DNA of 64,000 nucleotides from an uncultured Dehalococcoidales bacterium (GTDB taxonomy: Bacteria > Chloroflexota > Dehalococcoidia > GIF9 > UBA5629): assembly GCA_964545945.1 (NCBI GenBank), contig CAZJID010000001.1, positions 12,543 to 76,542 of the forward strand, written 5' to 3'. A program made the position numbers and the translations under genes. The notes below the pieces were generated by a model that saw nothing but the letters and a program-made list of their open reading frames with translations, was not told where the DNA came from and did no database searches. This document shows positions 29,519-37,950 of this stretch, piece by piece; position 1 is the stretch's first letter, and the number at the start of each line of letters is the position of its first letter.

Positions 29519-30712
29519 TCATAATTTGTTCCGGGTTAGTTTACGCATAATATTATAACCATCGGCAATAAAAATACCAGTGTCTTTAGCTGTGTTTTCG
29601 GTGAAATTTTTGGCGCTGTTAGAGGTAAAACCAGAACCCCATAACACGAAAGGGACCGGCTCCCCGGTATGCGTCTGCAGCTTTATCGGCGTGGGATGGT
29701 CTGGCAACGCCAGGACTCGAAGTTCACCGGGATTCCAGGAACGCATCCTGCCCACGACTTCTCTATCTATTCGCTCCAAGGCCTCAATTTTATCATCGAT
29801 TAAGCCGGCGTGTGCCGCTTCGTCGGGCGCCTCGATATGAACTACGACCAGGTCATTCTTCTGCAGCGCTTCCAAAGCTCCGCTGGCTTGAGCCGCGTAA
29901 TCGTTATCGGGGCCATCCGTAACGCCGGGGATGTCCAGAACTTCTATATTAGCCATTTGGGCCAGGCCACGGAGAAGGTCCACGCCGGACGTCATGGCTG
30001 CAGTAAGGCCATATTCCTTCTTGAAAGGCGGCATCTCCGGTATCTTACCGGTGCCCCAGAACAGCCATATCATGGTCGCCGGGATTTCGCCGCGAGCCTG
30101 CCGCTCTAAATTCACGGCGTGTCCCTCAAGCACCGCTTTCGACTTTTCCATAAGGTCTCGTAACAACTCGCTACCCGGGCCTTGAGGTAGAAATTCAGCA
30201 ACCGGCTTATCTGGTATATCGTGCGGCGGAGTGCACATGGCCTTCAGGGTTTCTTCGTGGTCTTTTATCTTACAAATGTGGCGGTATCGCACTCCGGGAT
30301 AAAACCGTATCTCATCGCTGCCCAGCTTTTCATTCAAAACATCAATAAGGACTCTAGCGTCTTCAGTATCGATATGCCCCGAGCTGTAGCTCCACATCTT
30401 GCCGTCGCGCACAGCTACCAGGTTGCACCGAAAAACGACCTCATCGTCGGCAACGGGTATGCCCATGCTCCTGGCTTCGATGCCGCTACGGCCCCGGTAA
30501 TAAACCTTCGGGTCATAGCCCATCACCGACATGCAGGCACAAGCGCTGCTCGGCTCCATCCCCGGCGGTACGGTGCGGACCAGTCCGACGGCCCCTTCCC
30601 GCGCCATAGCATCCAGATTGGGTATGCAGGCCAACTCAAGGCAGGTCTTGCCGCTTCGCTCCGGCAGCGGCCAGCCGGCGGCACCGTCGATTATGAGAAC
30701 GCAGTACTTCAT
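29519..30712 (-). CDS. ApgM-family (archaeal-type cofactor-independent phosphoglycerate mutase-like) protein; candidate non-canonical homoserine kinase
   Basis: MKYCVLIIDGAAGWP N-terminus of the ApgM family; start trimmed to MKY; adjacent to lysC. Confidence 0.75.
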   Translation of the reverse strand: MKYCVLIIDGAAGWPLPERSGKTCLELACIPNLDAMAREGAVGLVRTVPPGMEPSSACACMSVMGYDPKVYYRGRSGIEARSMGIPVADDEVVFRCNLVAVRDGKMWSYSSGHIDTEDARVLIDVLNEKLGSDEIRFYPGVRYRHICKIKDHEETLKAMCTPPHDIPDKPVAEFLPQGPGSELLRDLMEKSKAVLEGHAVNLERQARGEIPATMIWLFWGTGKIPEMPPFKKEYGLTAAMTSGVDLLRGLAQMANIEVLDIPGVTDGPDNDYAAQASGALEALQKNDLVVVHIEAPDEAAHAGLIDDKIEALERIDREVVGRMRSWNPGELRVLALPDHPTPIKLQTHTGEPVPFVLWGSGFTSNSAKNFTENTAKDTGIFIADGYNIMRKLTRNKL

Positions 30713-30817
30713 ACAAACCCCGTCATTGCGAGTCCTTCCACTCAATGGAAAATGACAAACGTGTCCCCAGTTTACAACGCTTGCCCTAAAAGTTAAAGCC
30801 GCTTATAATATCCGACG

Positions 30818-30894
30818 CGGGGCGTAGCGCAGCCTGGTAGCGCGCAGCGTTCGGGACGCTGAGGTCGGAGGTTCGAACCCTCTCGCCCCGACCA
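30818..30894 (+). tRNA. tRNA-Pro (anticodon CGG)
   Basis: Cloverleaf folded by eye: acceptor CGGGGCG/CGCCCCG, anticodon stem CAGCG/CGCTG with loop TTCGGGA, T-arm GGTTCGAAC, CCA end. Confidence 0.85.
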
Positions 30895-30927
30895 GTATTT
30901 GACTAACACCGCTTTCTGGTACTAAAC

Positions 30928-31266
30928 CTAGTCTGTCTTTTTGTCTGCCAGGTAAGCGTCCAAAGCTTCGGTCACTACGTCTTTAATCTGCCTCCTATCC
31001 CAATAAGCAGCTCTCTTTACTTTCTCTACCAGGTCCTGACGCACGATAAAAGTAGCTCTGGTCCAGCCTTCTGGCAATCCCTTAGAGGATGTTGAGGAGC
31101 TAACAACAGACTCGTTGGGGATAACTACCTCACTGCTTGCTTTAACGGGTTTTGGCTTAACGGTTGCTGGTTTTGAAGCAGGTACAGTCGCTTGCTCTAC
31201 AACTGGCGTGAAAATCTTATCCAAGCCGCTTTGAGCAAAAGGGTCTCTGCCTAACCTACGCTCCAT
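30928..31266 (-). CDS. Ribbon-helix-helix (ParG/CopG-like) DNA-binding protein with disordered N-terminal tail; likely centromere-binding partner of ParA
   Basis: C-terminal TRATFIVRQDLVEKVKRAAYWDRRQIKDVVTEALDAYL shows the beta-strand-helix-helix pattern; overlaps parA stop by 11 nt. Confidence 0.6.
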   Translation of the reverse strand: MERRLGRDPFAQSGLDKIFTPVVEQATVPASKPATVKPKPVKASSEVVIPNESVVSSSTSSKGLPEGWTRATFIVRQDLVEKVKRAAYWDRRQIKDVVTEALDAYLADKKTD

Positions 31267-32023
31267 GATTCGCCTCCATCTGTATTACTCTATGAGCTAG
31301 CGCCATAAAATCCTCGGCACCCAGGCTATTTGGTCTGTATGCCAGAATATCCCAGGATCTCGATGGTGCTTCCGCCAGGCTTATACAGTCCCGAATTATG
31401 CCTATAACTTTACCCGGAAAATGCTCCTCTACTTTGGCAATAACCTCTCTGTTCAAAATACGCCTCTGGTCGTACATTGTACCTATAATTCCCGTTATCT
31501 CTAGGTTGCTATTAAGTCGCTTCTTAACACGTTCTACAATCTCTAACAGTCTCGCCATACCTTGCATGCTTAAAAATTCAGCCTGCATGGGTACAAAAAC
31601 CTCCCTGGCCGCAGTAAGGGCATTGACCACTATCATACCCAGGCTTGGCGGACAGTCGAATAGTATATAGTCAAAGCTATTGACGCCAGACAAAATCTCC
31701 TTTAATAGCACCTGACTACCTATTTCGTTAGCCATCTCAACATCAAAACCGGCCAGTTTAGGGCTTGCCGGTACAACAAACAAGTTGGTATTGCGCTGCT
31801 GCCACATAGCAGTTTCCAGTTTGGCTTCCCCGCGTAAGACTTCATATATTGTGTCTTTTATCTGGTCAACTGGTATGCCAAAACTGTAAGTCAAAGCCAT
31901 TTGCTGATCCAGGTCAAATAAAAGGCACTTTTTACCAAGACTAACCAGGGCGGCTCCCAGGTTTAAAGTACACGTAGTTTTTCCTACCCCACCTTTTTCA
32001 TTGGTTAATGATATTATTCTCAA
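31256..32023 (-). CDS. parA: ParA/Soj-family partition ATPase (small type Ib-like, no N-terminal HTH)
   Basis: Deviant Walker A KGGVGKTT; 255 aa. Confidence 0.9.
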   Translation of the reverse strand: MRIISLTNEKGGVGKTTCTLNLGAALVSLGKKCLLFDLDQQMALTYSFGIPVDQIKDTIYEVLRGEAKLETAMWQQRNTNLFVVPASPKLAGFDVEMANEIGSQVLLKEILSGVNSFDYILFDCPPSLGMIVVNALTAAREVFVPMQAEFLSMQGMARLLEIVERVKKRLNSNLEITGIIGTMYDQRRILNREVIAKVEEHFPGKVIGIIRDCISLAEAPSRSWDILAYRPNSLGAEDFMALAHRVIQMEANHGA

Positions 32024-32045
32024 TAAATACCTCCTTATCGTTTTT

Positions 32046-32352
32046 CTGTTTACTCCATTTACTACGTATACTATGATTACTATGTCTACTCTGTTTACTA
32101 GGTTTACTCAGTATACCAGGTCTAAATGCGGATGTCAATACGCCGGAATAATACCTGCAAGAATCGAGTATGCTCCAGAATACGGCCTTCAATCGTTCTT
32201 TGACTGAAGAATGTTTAATCGGTTTGTTTACAATGTTTACTGTGATTACTATGTATACTCTTTTTACTATGTCTACTACGTTTACTCTGTATACTCATTA
32301 TACTCTGTTTACTACGTTTACTATGATTACTGTTTTTAAATACGGATGCCAA
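32046..32352. repeat. Two arrays (about 8 and about 12 copies) of head-to-tail 9-bp iterons (consensus GTTTACTAT), each followed by a conserved TAAATrCGGATGyCAA box, immediately upstream of parA: putative centromere/operator
   Basis: Seen directly at 32046-32117 and 32226-32335; the six-frame ORFs 32001-32207 and 32170-32379 are translation artefacts of the repeat. Confidence 0.75.
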
Positions 32353-32420
32353 GACTCAGTAACAGTTAAGTCAGGTTAATTATTGGATACCCTTTGAAGA
32401 GCTGTTTATAGTTATCGTCT

Positions 32421-32469
32421 GTAGTTCGGAGTCTTCAGATTCGAGGCTCGAATCCTCTCGCTCCGACCA
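32421..32469 (+). other. tRNA 3'-end-like fragment (T-arm plus acceptor 3' strand plus CCA); putative att duplication
   Basis: cgaggctcgaatcctctcgctccgacca vs tRNA-Pro cggaggttcgaaccctctcgccccgacca; no 5' half present. Confidence 0.55.
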
Positions 32470-32471
32470 GT

Positions 32472-33248
32472 TTATCCTGTCTTCTGTTTGGCTTCTTCCC
32501 AAAGTTTGTTCTGTTCCTCTAGTGACAGGCTAGCGAGGTTGATTCCTCGCTCCTCGCACACTGCTTCCATATGGGTGAACCGATGATAGAAACGCTGATT
32601 TGCCGATCGTAACGCCATCTCCAGGTCAATGCCTAGTCGGCGGGCTATATTAGCCAGAGTAAAAAGCAAGTCGCCGAACTCGTTGGCTGTTTCCTGCTGG
32701 CTCGCGGCCTGTTTTATTTCCCCCACCTCCTCTGCCATCTTGTCAATGATCTCCTCCACCGTTTCCCAGTCAAAACCTATACCGGCTACCCGCCGCTGCA
32801 TCGACTGGCTGTAGGCCAGTGCCGGCATCTGCTCCGGCATGCCGCCTAAAATCGATTCTCCTTCCGCTCTTTCTTCTTTCTTCAGCGATTCCCAGCTCTG
32901 CTCCACCTCCGCCGCATCCTCAGCTTTCACACTGCCGAAGACATGCGGATGACGGTGAATCAGCTTCTGACTGATGCTCTTGATTACACCGTCAATATTG
33001 AACTTGCCCGACTCCTCGGCTATTTTTGCGTGGAGCATGATTTGAAGCAGCAGGTCACCCAGCTCGTCACGGAGTCTTTCCGGAACGCCCTCGTCTATAG
33101 CCTGCAATACCTCATAGCTTTCCTCTATCAGAAACGGTTTCAGCGAAGCGTGTGTCTGTTTCTTATCCCACGGACAGCCGTTTGGCCCGCGCAGCCTGGC
33201 AATGATTCTTTTTAGGTCGGCAAAACTATATGATTTATTCTGAGACAA
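32472..33248 (-). CDS. mazG: Nucleoside triphosphate pyrophosphohydrolase MazG (tandem MazG domains)
   Basis: RLRGPNGCPWDKKQTHASLKPFLIEESYEVLQAI and second EELGDLLFTLANIAR block. Confidence 0.9.
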   Translation of the reverse strand: MSQNKSYSFADLKRIIARLRGPNGCPWDKKQTHASLKPFLIEESYEVLQAIDEGVPERLRDELGDLLLQIMLHAKIAEESGKFNIDGVIKSISQKLIHRHPHVFGSVKAEDAAEVEQSWESLKKEERAEGESILGGMPEQMPALAYSQSMQRRVAGIGFDWETVEEIIDKMAEEVGEIKQAASQQETANEFGDLLFTLANIARRLGIDLEMALRSANQRFYHRFTHMEAVCEERGINLASLSLEEQNKLWEEAKQKTG

Positions 33249-33312
33249 AATTAACCTCTAAGATAAAGATACCAGGCGCCATTATAATAAAGCATTAATT
33301 ATAAATAATAAA

Positions 33313-33339
33313 CCCCCTGAGAAATTGCTTTCCAGGGGG
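33313..33339 (-). terminator. Intrinsic terminator for the Zn-peptidase gene (stem ccccctg/caggggg followed by a U-run on the minus strand)
   Basis: Hairpin and downstream tttattatttat (minus-strand sense) seen directly. Confidence 0.55.
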
Positions 33340-33364
33340 TTGGTACAAACCGGCAGAGATATGC

Positions 33365-34069
33365 TTACCTTCGACCGCCCATGGCCAGCATTACAAAATA
33401 GAATAGCTGGGCAACTGCCTGAAGCGTAGCCGCCACATAGGTCAAAGCGGCCGCCGACAGAACAGTACTGGCACCGTCGTACTCCTGCGCCACCAGCAGC
33501 CCGGTGCTGCGCAGCATCTGACGCGCCCGATTACTGGCGTTGAATTCCACTGGTAGGGTAACCAGGCTGAAAAGCACCGCCAGTGAAAACAGAAATACAC
33601 CTACCCAGACCACCGTCATGCCAAACGTGGCGCCGAACAAAGCTAGTAAGAAACCCAGTATAACAAAGACATAGCCGAGTGTACTGCCCAGATTGGCTGC
33701 GGGAACCAGAGTCGTGCGGAACCTCATAAAGCCGTAGCCCACCTTGTCCTGAACGGCGTGCCCCACCTCGTGCGCCACGATTCCCAGCGCGGCTACGGAA
33801 GGTGTATTGGCTACGGCCGGAGACAGGCGCAGCACTTTTTTACTCGGGTCGTAGTGGTCGCCCAGCCTGCTTTTCACTCCCTCCACCTTGATATCATCCA
33901 ACCCGTTCGACCGGAGCAGCTTTTCGGCTGCCTCGGCGCCGGTTATATGCTGGGAATTGGCGACCTTGGAATACTTATTGAAAGCAGAGTTTACCTTCGT
34001 CTGCGCGTATATCATAAATATAAGCGGCGGTATCATTACCAGAAACCACAGCGGGTCAAAGAAAAACAT
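33365..34069 (-). CDS. Membrane zinc metallopeptidase (YugP-like, HExxH)
   Basis: HEVGHAVQD motif; hydrophobic N- and C-terminal segments. Confidence 0.7.
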   Translation of the reverse strand: MFFFDPLWFLVMIPPLIFMIYAQTKVNSAFNKYSKVANSQHITGAEAAEKLLRSNGLDDIKVEGVKSRLGDHYDPSKKVLRLSPAVANTPSVAALGIVAHEVGHAVQDKVGYGFMRFRTTLVPAANLGSTLGYVFVILGFLLALFGATFGMTVVWVGVFLFSLAVLFSLVTLPVEFNASNRARQMLRSTGLLVAQEYDGASTVLSAAALTYVAATLQAVAQLFYFVMLAMGGRR

Positions 34070-34121
34070 CTTTTACATTCCTCCAAGTGAACCCTAATTT
34101 TAATTCAAACAAAATATACCG

Positions 34122-35066
34122 TCAAAGCAAACTGCTACCGATGAAATCCCGCTGCCCGCGCGCAAATTCCTCCGCCGGCATTTCACGCTTTCCTTCCAGT
34201 TGTACTTCAACCAGCCCCAGTATCCCGTCACCGGTTTGCACTCCGAATGCAGCCGGCCTTTGATGAGGCAAACCTATCACCTTACCCGGCTCATATGATG
34301 CTTCACCATAAATCGGTAATACTTTAACCAGCTTAAGTCGCTTACCATGCCATACGGTATAGCACCCGGGCCAGGGGTCGAAAGCGCGGACCCGGCACCA
34401 TAATTCCCTGGTGGTAAGTCGCCAGTCAATCTCTCCGTCTTCTTTTTTTATCATCTTGCTGTAAGTCGCCGCACTTTCGTCCTGCGGTCGCGGCTTTATC
34501 CTTTCTTCAATCCATAACGGCAGCGTCTCGATCAGCAGCTCCGCGCCTACTTTGGAAAGCTTTAAGCCGAGTGAGCCAGCAGTGTCTTCATCGGATATTA
34601 TAACTTCTCTCTGGTTCAAGATAGGTCCGGTGTCCATACCTGCGTCCAGCAACATAATGCTAACCCCCGTTACTTCATCTCCCTGCAGAATGGCTGTGGC
34701 TACAGGCGATGCGCCCCGGTAACGCGGTAGAAGCGAGGGGTGTACGTTAAGGCAACCGAATTTCGGCAAGTTCAATACTTCGGTGGGCAATATCAGTCCG
34801 AAAGCTGCCACCACTATCAGGTCGGGCGCCAGCGCCGTCAGTCCCTCGACAGTCCCGGCGTCTTTTAATCTTTCTATCTGAATAACATTTAGCCCTCGAG
34901 ACAGCGCCCGTTGCTTTACCGGTGACGCCGCAACCTGCTGTCCGCGGCCGGCTTTTCTATCCGGCTGCGTGTATACGGCAACGACCCGGAAATCGGTTCG
35001 GAGCAGGGCTTCCAGGCTTGGAAGAGAGAACTCCGGAGTGCCCATAAAAACGATATCTTTTGTCAT
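34122..35066 (-). CDS. fmt: Methionyl-tRNA formyltransferase
   Basis: IVFMGTPEFS N-terminus; HPSLLPRYRGASP motif. Confidence 0.9.
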   Translation of the reverse strand: MTKDIVFMGTPEFSLPSLEALLRTDFRVVAVYTQPDRKAGRGQQVAASPVKQRALSRGLNVIQIERLKDAGTVEGLTALAPDLIVVAAFGLILPTEVLNLPKFGCLNVHPSLLPRYRGASPVATAILQGDEVTGVSIMLLDAGMDTGPILNQREVIISDEDTAGSLGLKLSKVGAELLIETLPLWIEERIKPRPQDESAATYSKMIKKEDGEIDWRLTTRELWCRVRAFDPWPGCYTVWHGKRLKLVKVLPIYGEASYEPGKVIGLPHQRPAAFGVQTGDGILGLVEVQLEGKREMPAEEFARGQRDFIGSSLL

Positions 35067-35315
35067 ATAAAAGAAATTTTACCAACTTTCTCCATTATGT
35101 CAAAAACCCCCTTGACACCCCAAGAGATGGCTGTGTTAATCTTAGTGAGTTGTGGCGCGGGTCCTCGGAAAATTTCCCTAGCTTTTTATACCGCCAAAAA
35201 CTACTTGTTTAGCTAGTCGGTTTACTACTCAAAAGAATAATAGAAGTTTGGTTTTGGGGAAGGGGATTTTTGTTGCATTTACAGGCGCCTTGGCAAGATA
35301 TCTTTAAGGAGTGAG

Positions 35316-36683
35316 TTGAAGTCAGCACAATCGATATGGGAAGCAGCACTAGGAGAACTTCAACTCCAAGTTAATAAGCCGAATTTCGATACCTGGCTCA
35401 AAGATACTACAGGCATAAGCTATAAGGAAGGCATCTTTGTCGTCGGGGTCCCCAATGTATTCATCGGCGAATGGCTAAGAAGCCGCCTCTACTCACTGAT
35501 CAAGAGGACTCTAACCAGCATAGTAAGCCAGTCCGTCGACGTTCAATTTACAGTCCGACCGCTTAATCCGGAAATACAACCAGTAGCTTCCCGGCAGGCG
35601 GACGGTGGTACCAGCACCAGGCTTAAGGAAGCACCGGCGTTCAGGTTAAATTCCAGGTATACCTTCGATAGTTTTGTCGTTGGCGAGAGCAACCGTCTGG
35701 CCTACGCCGCAGCCCTGGAGGTTTCTGAGGAGCCGGGAAATAAATATAATCCACTGTTCATCTACGGAGACACCGGCTCGGGTAAAACACATCTCCTGCA
35801 CGCCATCGGACACACAGCCAAGTCCAAAGGGTTGACCATACTAATCGCCAGCGCCGAGCAGTTCACAACCCAATTCGTAGTGGCCCTGAAAAACAATAAA
35901 ATCGACGATTTCCACCGTAAATTCAGGGCAACAGACTTTTTGCTGGTGGATGACGTCCAGTTCCTGAGTGGAAAATCACAAACACAGGAATGTCTGTTCC
36001 ACATTTTCAACGACCTCTATGAAAATAACTGCCAGATAGTGGTGACCAGCGACCGCCCGCCGCGAGCCATATCATCGATTACCAAGAAGCTCCGGTCCCG
36101 GCTGGAATGGGGGCTTATCGCTGACCTGGGGATACCAGACCTGGAGACCAGGCTGGCCATACTGAAAGTTAAGTCGAAACAACTTAATATAGCCATGCCG
36201 CCGCCCGAAGTATTGCGTTTCCTTGCTGTACAATTTCAGCACAACACCCGCGAGCTCGAAGGTGCTTTGAACCGTGTGGCTACATACTCCAGGCTTAGCG
36301 GCGAAAAAATAAATATTAAGCTTACCGTTCAGTCGCTGGCAGATATAATACCGAAAGAGATCCGGCAGGAAACGGGAGCCTCACCAAAGTTCATAATGAC
36401 AACCGTAGCTAACTTTTACGGAATCGATACCGAAGTGTTGACTGGCAAACGGAGAGACAAGACGGCCGTTTTAGCCAGGCAGGTGACCATGTACCTGCTG
36501 CGGGAGAGAAACCACTGCAGCCTCGCTGAAATCGGCAGGATGCTGGGTGATAGAGACCACACAACGGTATTGCACGGCTGCGAAAAAATAGCTGATGAAA
36601 TCGACCTTAATCCACAGCTCCAAGACTCAATAAACGAGATTCGTCAGAAATTGAAACCCCGAAGAACCCATTCCGCCTCCTGA
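35316..36683 (+). CDS. dnaA: Chromosomal replication initiator protein DnaA
   Basis: Walker A GDTGSGKTHLL; C-terminal DNA-binding domain (RDHTTVLH); TTG start with AAGGAG RBS. Confidence 0.95.
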   Translation: MKSAQSIWEAALGELQLQVNKPNFDTWLKDTTGISYKEGIFVVGVPNVFIGEWLRSRLYSLIKRTLTSIVSQSVDVQFTVRPLNPEIQPVASRQADGGTSTRLKEAPAFRLNSRYTFDSFVVGESNRLAYAAALEVSEEPGNKYNPLFIYGDTGSGKTHLLHAIGHTAKSKGLTILIASAEQFTTQFVVALKNNKIDDFHRKFRATDFLLVDDVQFLSGKSQTQECLFHIFNDLYENNCQIVVTSDRPPRAISSITKKLRSRLEWGLIADLGIPDLETRLAILKVKSKQLNIAMPPPEVLRFLAVQFQHNTRELEGALNRVATYSRLSGEKINIKLTVQSLADIIPKEIRQETGASPKFIMTTVANFYGIDTEVLTGKRRDKTAVLARQVTMYLLRERNHCSLAEIGRMLGDRDHTTVLHGCEKIADEIDLNPQLQDSINEIRQKLKPRRTHSAS

Positions 36684-36689
36684 TTTAGT

Positions 36690-36900
36690 GCGCCTGTGGA
36701 AAAAGTGCGCCCGATAGTGGATAATTCTTCCATCTCTGTTGATAAATCATTACATTCGGTTGATAGAAAATTCCATTCATAACACGGACTTATCAACATT
36801 AGGGTTTGACCTTAATCATTATTATTATATAAACACAAATAGAATAAATAATATATTATATTATAAGGATACTATTTCAGTGGATATAGTTGATTTTATA
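36690..36900. promoter_or_regulatory. Putative oriC: cluster of DnaA-box-like 9-mers (TGTGGAAAA, TAGTGGATAAT, TTATCAACA x2, CAGTGGATAT) plus an AT-rich unwinding element (36815-36868)
   Basis: Seen directly, immediately downstream of dnaA and upstream of obg. Confidence 0.6.
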
Positions 36901-37950
36901 GTGTGTGGGGGCAGGGGTGGGAATGGGGTAGCGAGCTTTCGCCATGAGAAGTTCGTGCCGCTGGGTGGACCCGATGGGGGCGATGGAGGGAAAGGTGGAG
37001 GCGTATATCTGTTAGCTTCCAGGGAAGTGGACAACCTGCAGCAATTTCATCACAAAAGGCGATTTAAGGCAGATTCGGGTCAGAATGGAGGCAAGCAGAA
37101 AAAGCACGGTGCCAAGGGTAAAGACCTGATAGTCCAGGTGCCTATAGGGACGATGGTATTTCTGAGTGATGTTGACCCGGGGGTGTTGCTGGCCGACCTG
37201 AGCCAGCCCGGGCAGAAGATTCGAGTCGCCGAGGGTGGACGTGGTGGACTGGGTAATGTACATTTTGCCACGTCCAGAAATCAGGCCCCCAAGACGGCCA
37301 CCGCAGGCCAGCCTGGAGAAGAGCATCACCTCATTCTGGACCTCAGGCTTATCGCCGATGTGGGGATAATCGGCTATCCTAATGCTGGAAAGTCTACTCT
37401 TCTGGCCGCAGTATCTAGGGCCAGACCTAGAATAGCCGATTACCCTTTTACCACTATTGAACCGGCTCTTGGAGTGGTCGAGGTCGGTATGAAGACATTC
37501 GTTTTGGCCGAGATACCCGGCCTTGTGGATGGAGCTCATCTGGGTAAGGGTCTGGGGCACGAGTTCCTGCGGCACGCAGAGAGAACTAAAATCTTGTTGC
37601 ACCTGATCGATGGGACTTCGCCGGATGCCGTCGACAATATGAATAAACTGAACCGCGAACTGGCACTGTACAAGACGGATATGGCGCAGAAACCCCAGCT
37701 CGTGGCCATAAACAAGATAGACATTCCCGATGTCCAGGCTCGTCTGCCCGAGGTGCGCCGGTTTTTCAACTCGCTGGGAATAAAAGTATTCTTTATATCG
37801 GCGGTTACAGGGCAGGGTTTGTCCGAGCTGATATCCGAGACAATGACTATGCTGGAAAGAGTAGAAGACTTACAGGGCGGCCCCGAGGTTCCGGTTGCAG
37901 TTTTTCGCCCCAAGCCAAAGGTTGGGCGTCGACGGGAAAAGGTGGATTAA
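36880..37950 (+). CDS. obg: GTPase Obg/CgtA
   Basis: GGRGGNGVASFRHEKFVPLGGPDGGDGGKGGGVYL Obg fold; G-domain GYPNAGKST; start set at GTG 36880. The upstream in-frame extension from 36739 lies in the AT-rich origin DNA. Confidence 0.85.
   Translation: MDIVDFIVCGGRGGNGVASFRHEKFVPLGGPDGGDGGKGGGVYLLASREVDNLQQFHHKRRFKADSGQNGGKQKKHGAKGKDLIVQVPIGTMVFLSDVDPGVLLADLSQPGQKIRVAEGGRGGLGNVHFATSRNQAPKTATAGQPGEEHHLILDLRLIADVGIIGYPNAGKSTLLAAVSRARPRIADYPFTTIEPALGVVEVGMKTFVLAEIPGLVDGAHLGKGLGHEFLRHAERTKILLHLIDGTSPDAVDNMNKLNRELALYKTDMAQKPQLVAINKIDIPDVQARLPEVRRFFNSLGIKVFFISAVTGQGLSELISETMTMLERVEDLQGGPEVPVAVFRPKPKVGRRREKVD

Larger units (their letters stand above)
30895..32420. mobile_element. Remnant integrated element (plasmid-like partition cassette) bounded by tRNA-Pro and a direct partial copy of a tRNA 3' end; no integrase
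   Basis: tRNA at left boundary; 24/29-nt match of tRNA 3' end at right boundary (32421-32469, same orientation); content is parA plus RHH gene plus iterons only. Confidence 0.5.

Noticed and set aside
32001-32379. Small ORFs 32001-32207 and 32170-32379 (FT-M/Y-T-rich translations), and the possibility of a CRISPR array
   Set aside because: The translations are an artefact of 9-bp iterons, whose period is a multiple of 3. This is not a CRISPR: units are 9 bp and contiguous with no spacers, and there are no cas genes.
36739-36879. N-terminal 47-codon extension of the obg ORF given by the ORF track
   Set aside because: The extension is extremely AT-rich (the origin unwinding element and DnaA boxes) and translates to Asn/Ile/Tyr-rich nonsense. 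Obg homology begins exactly at GTG 36880, which has an AAGGAT RBS.
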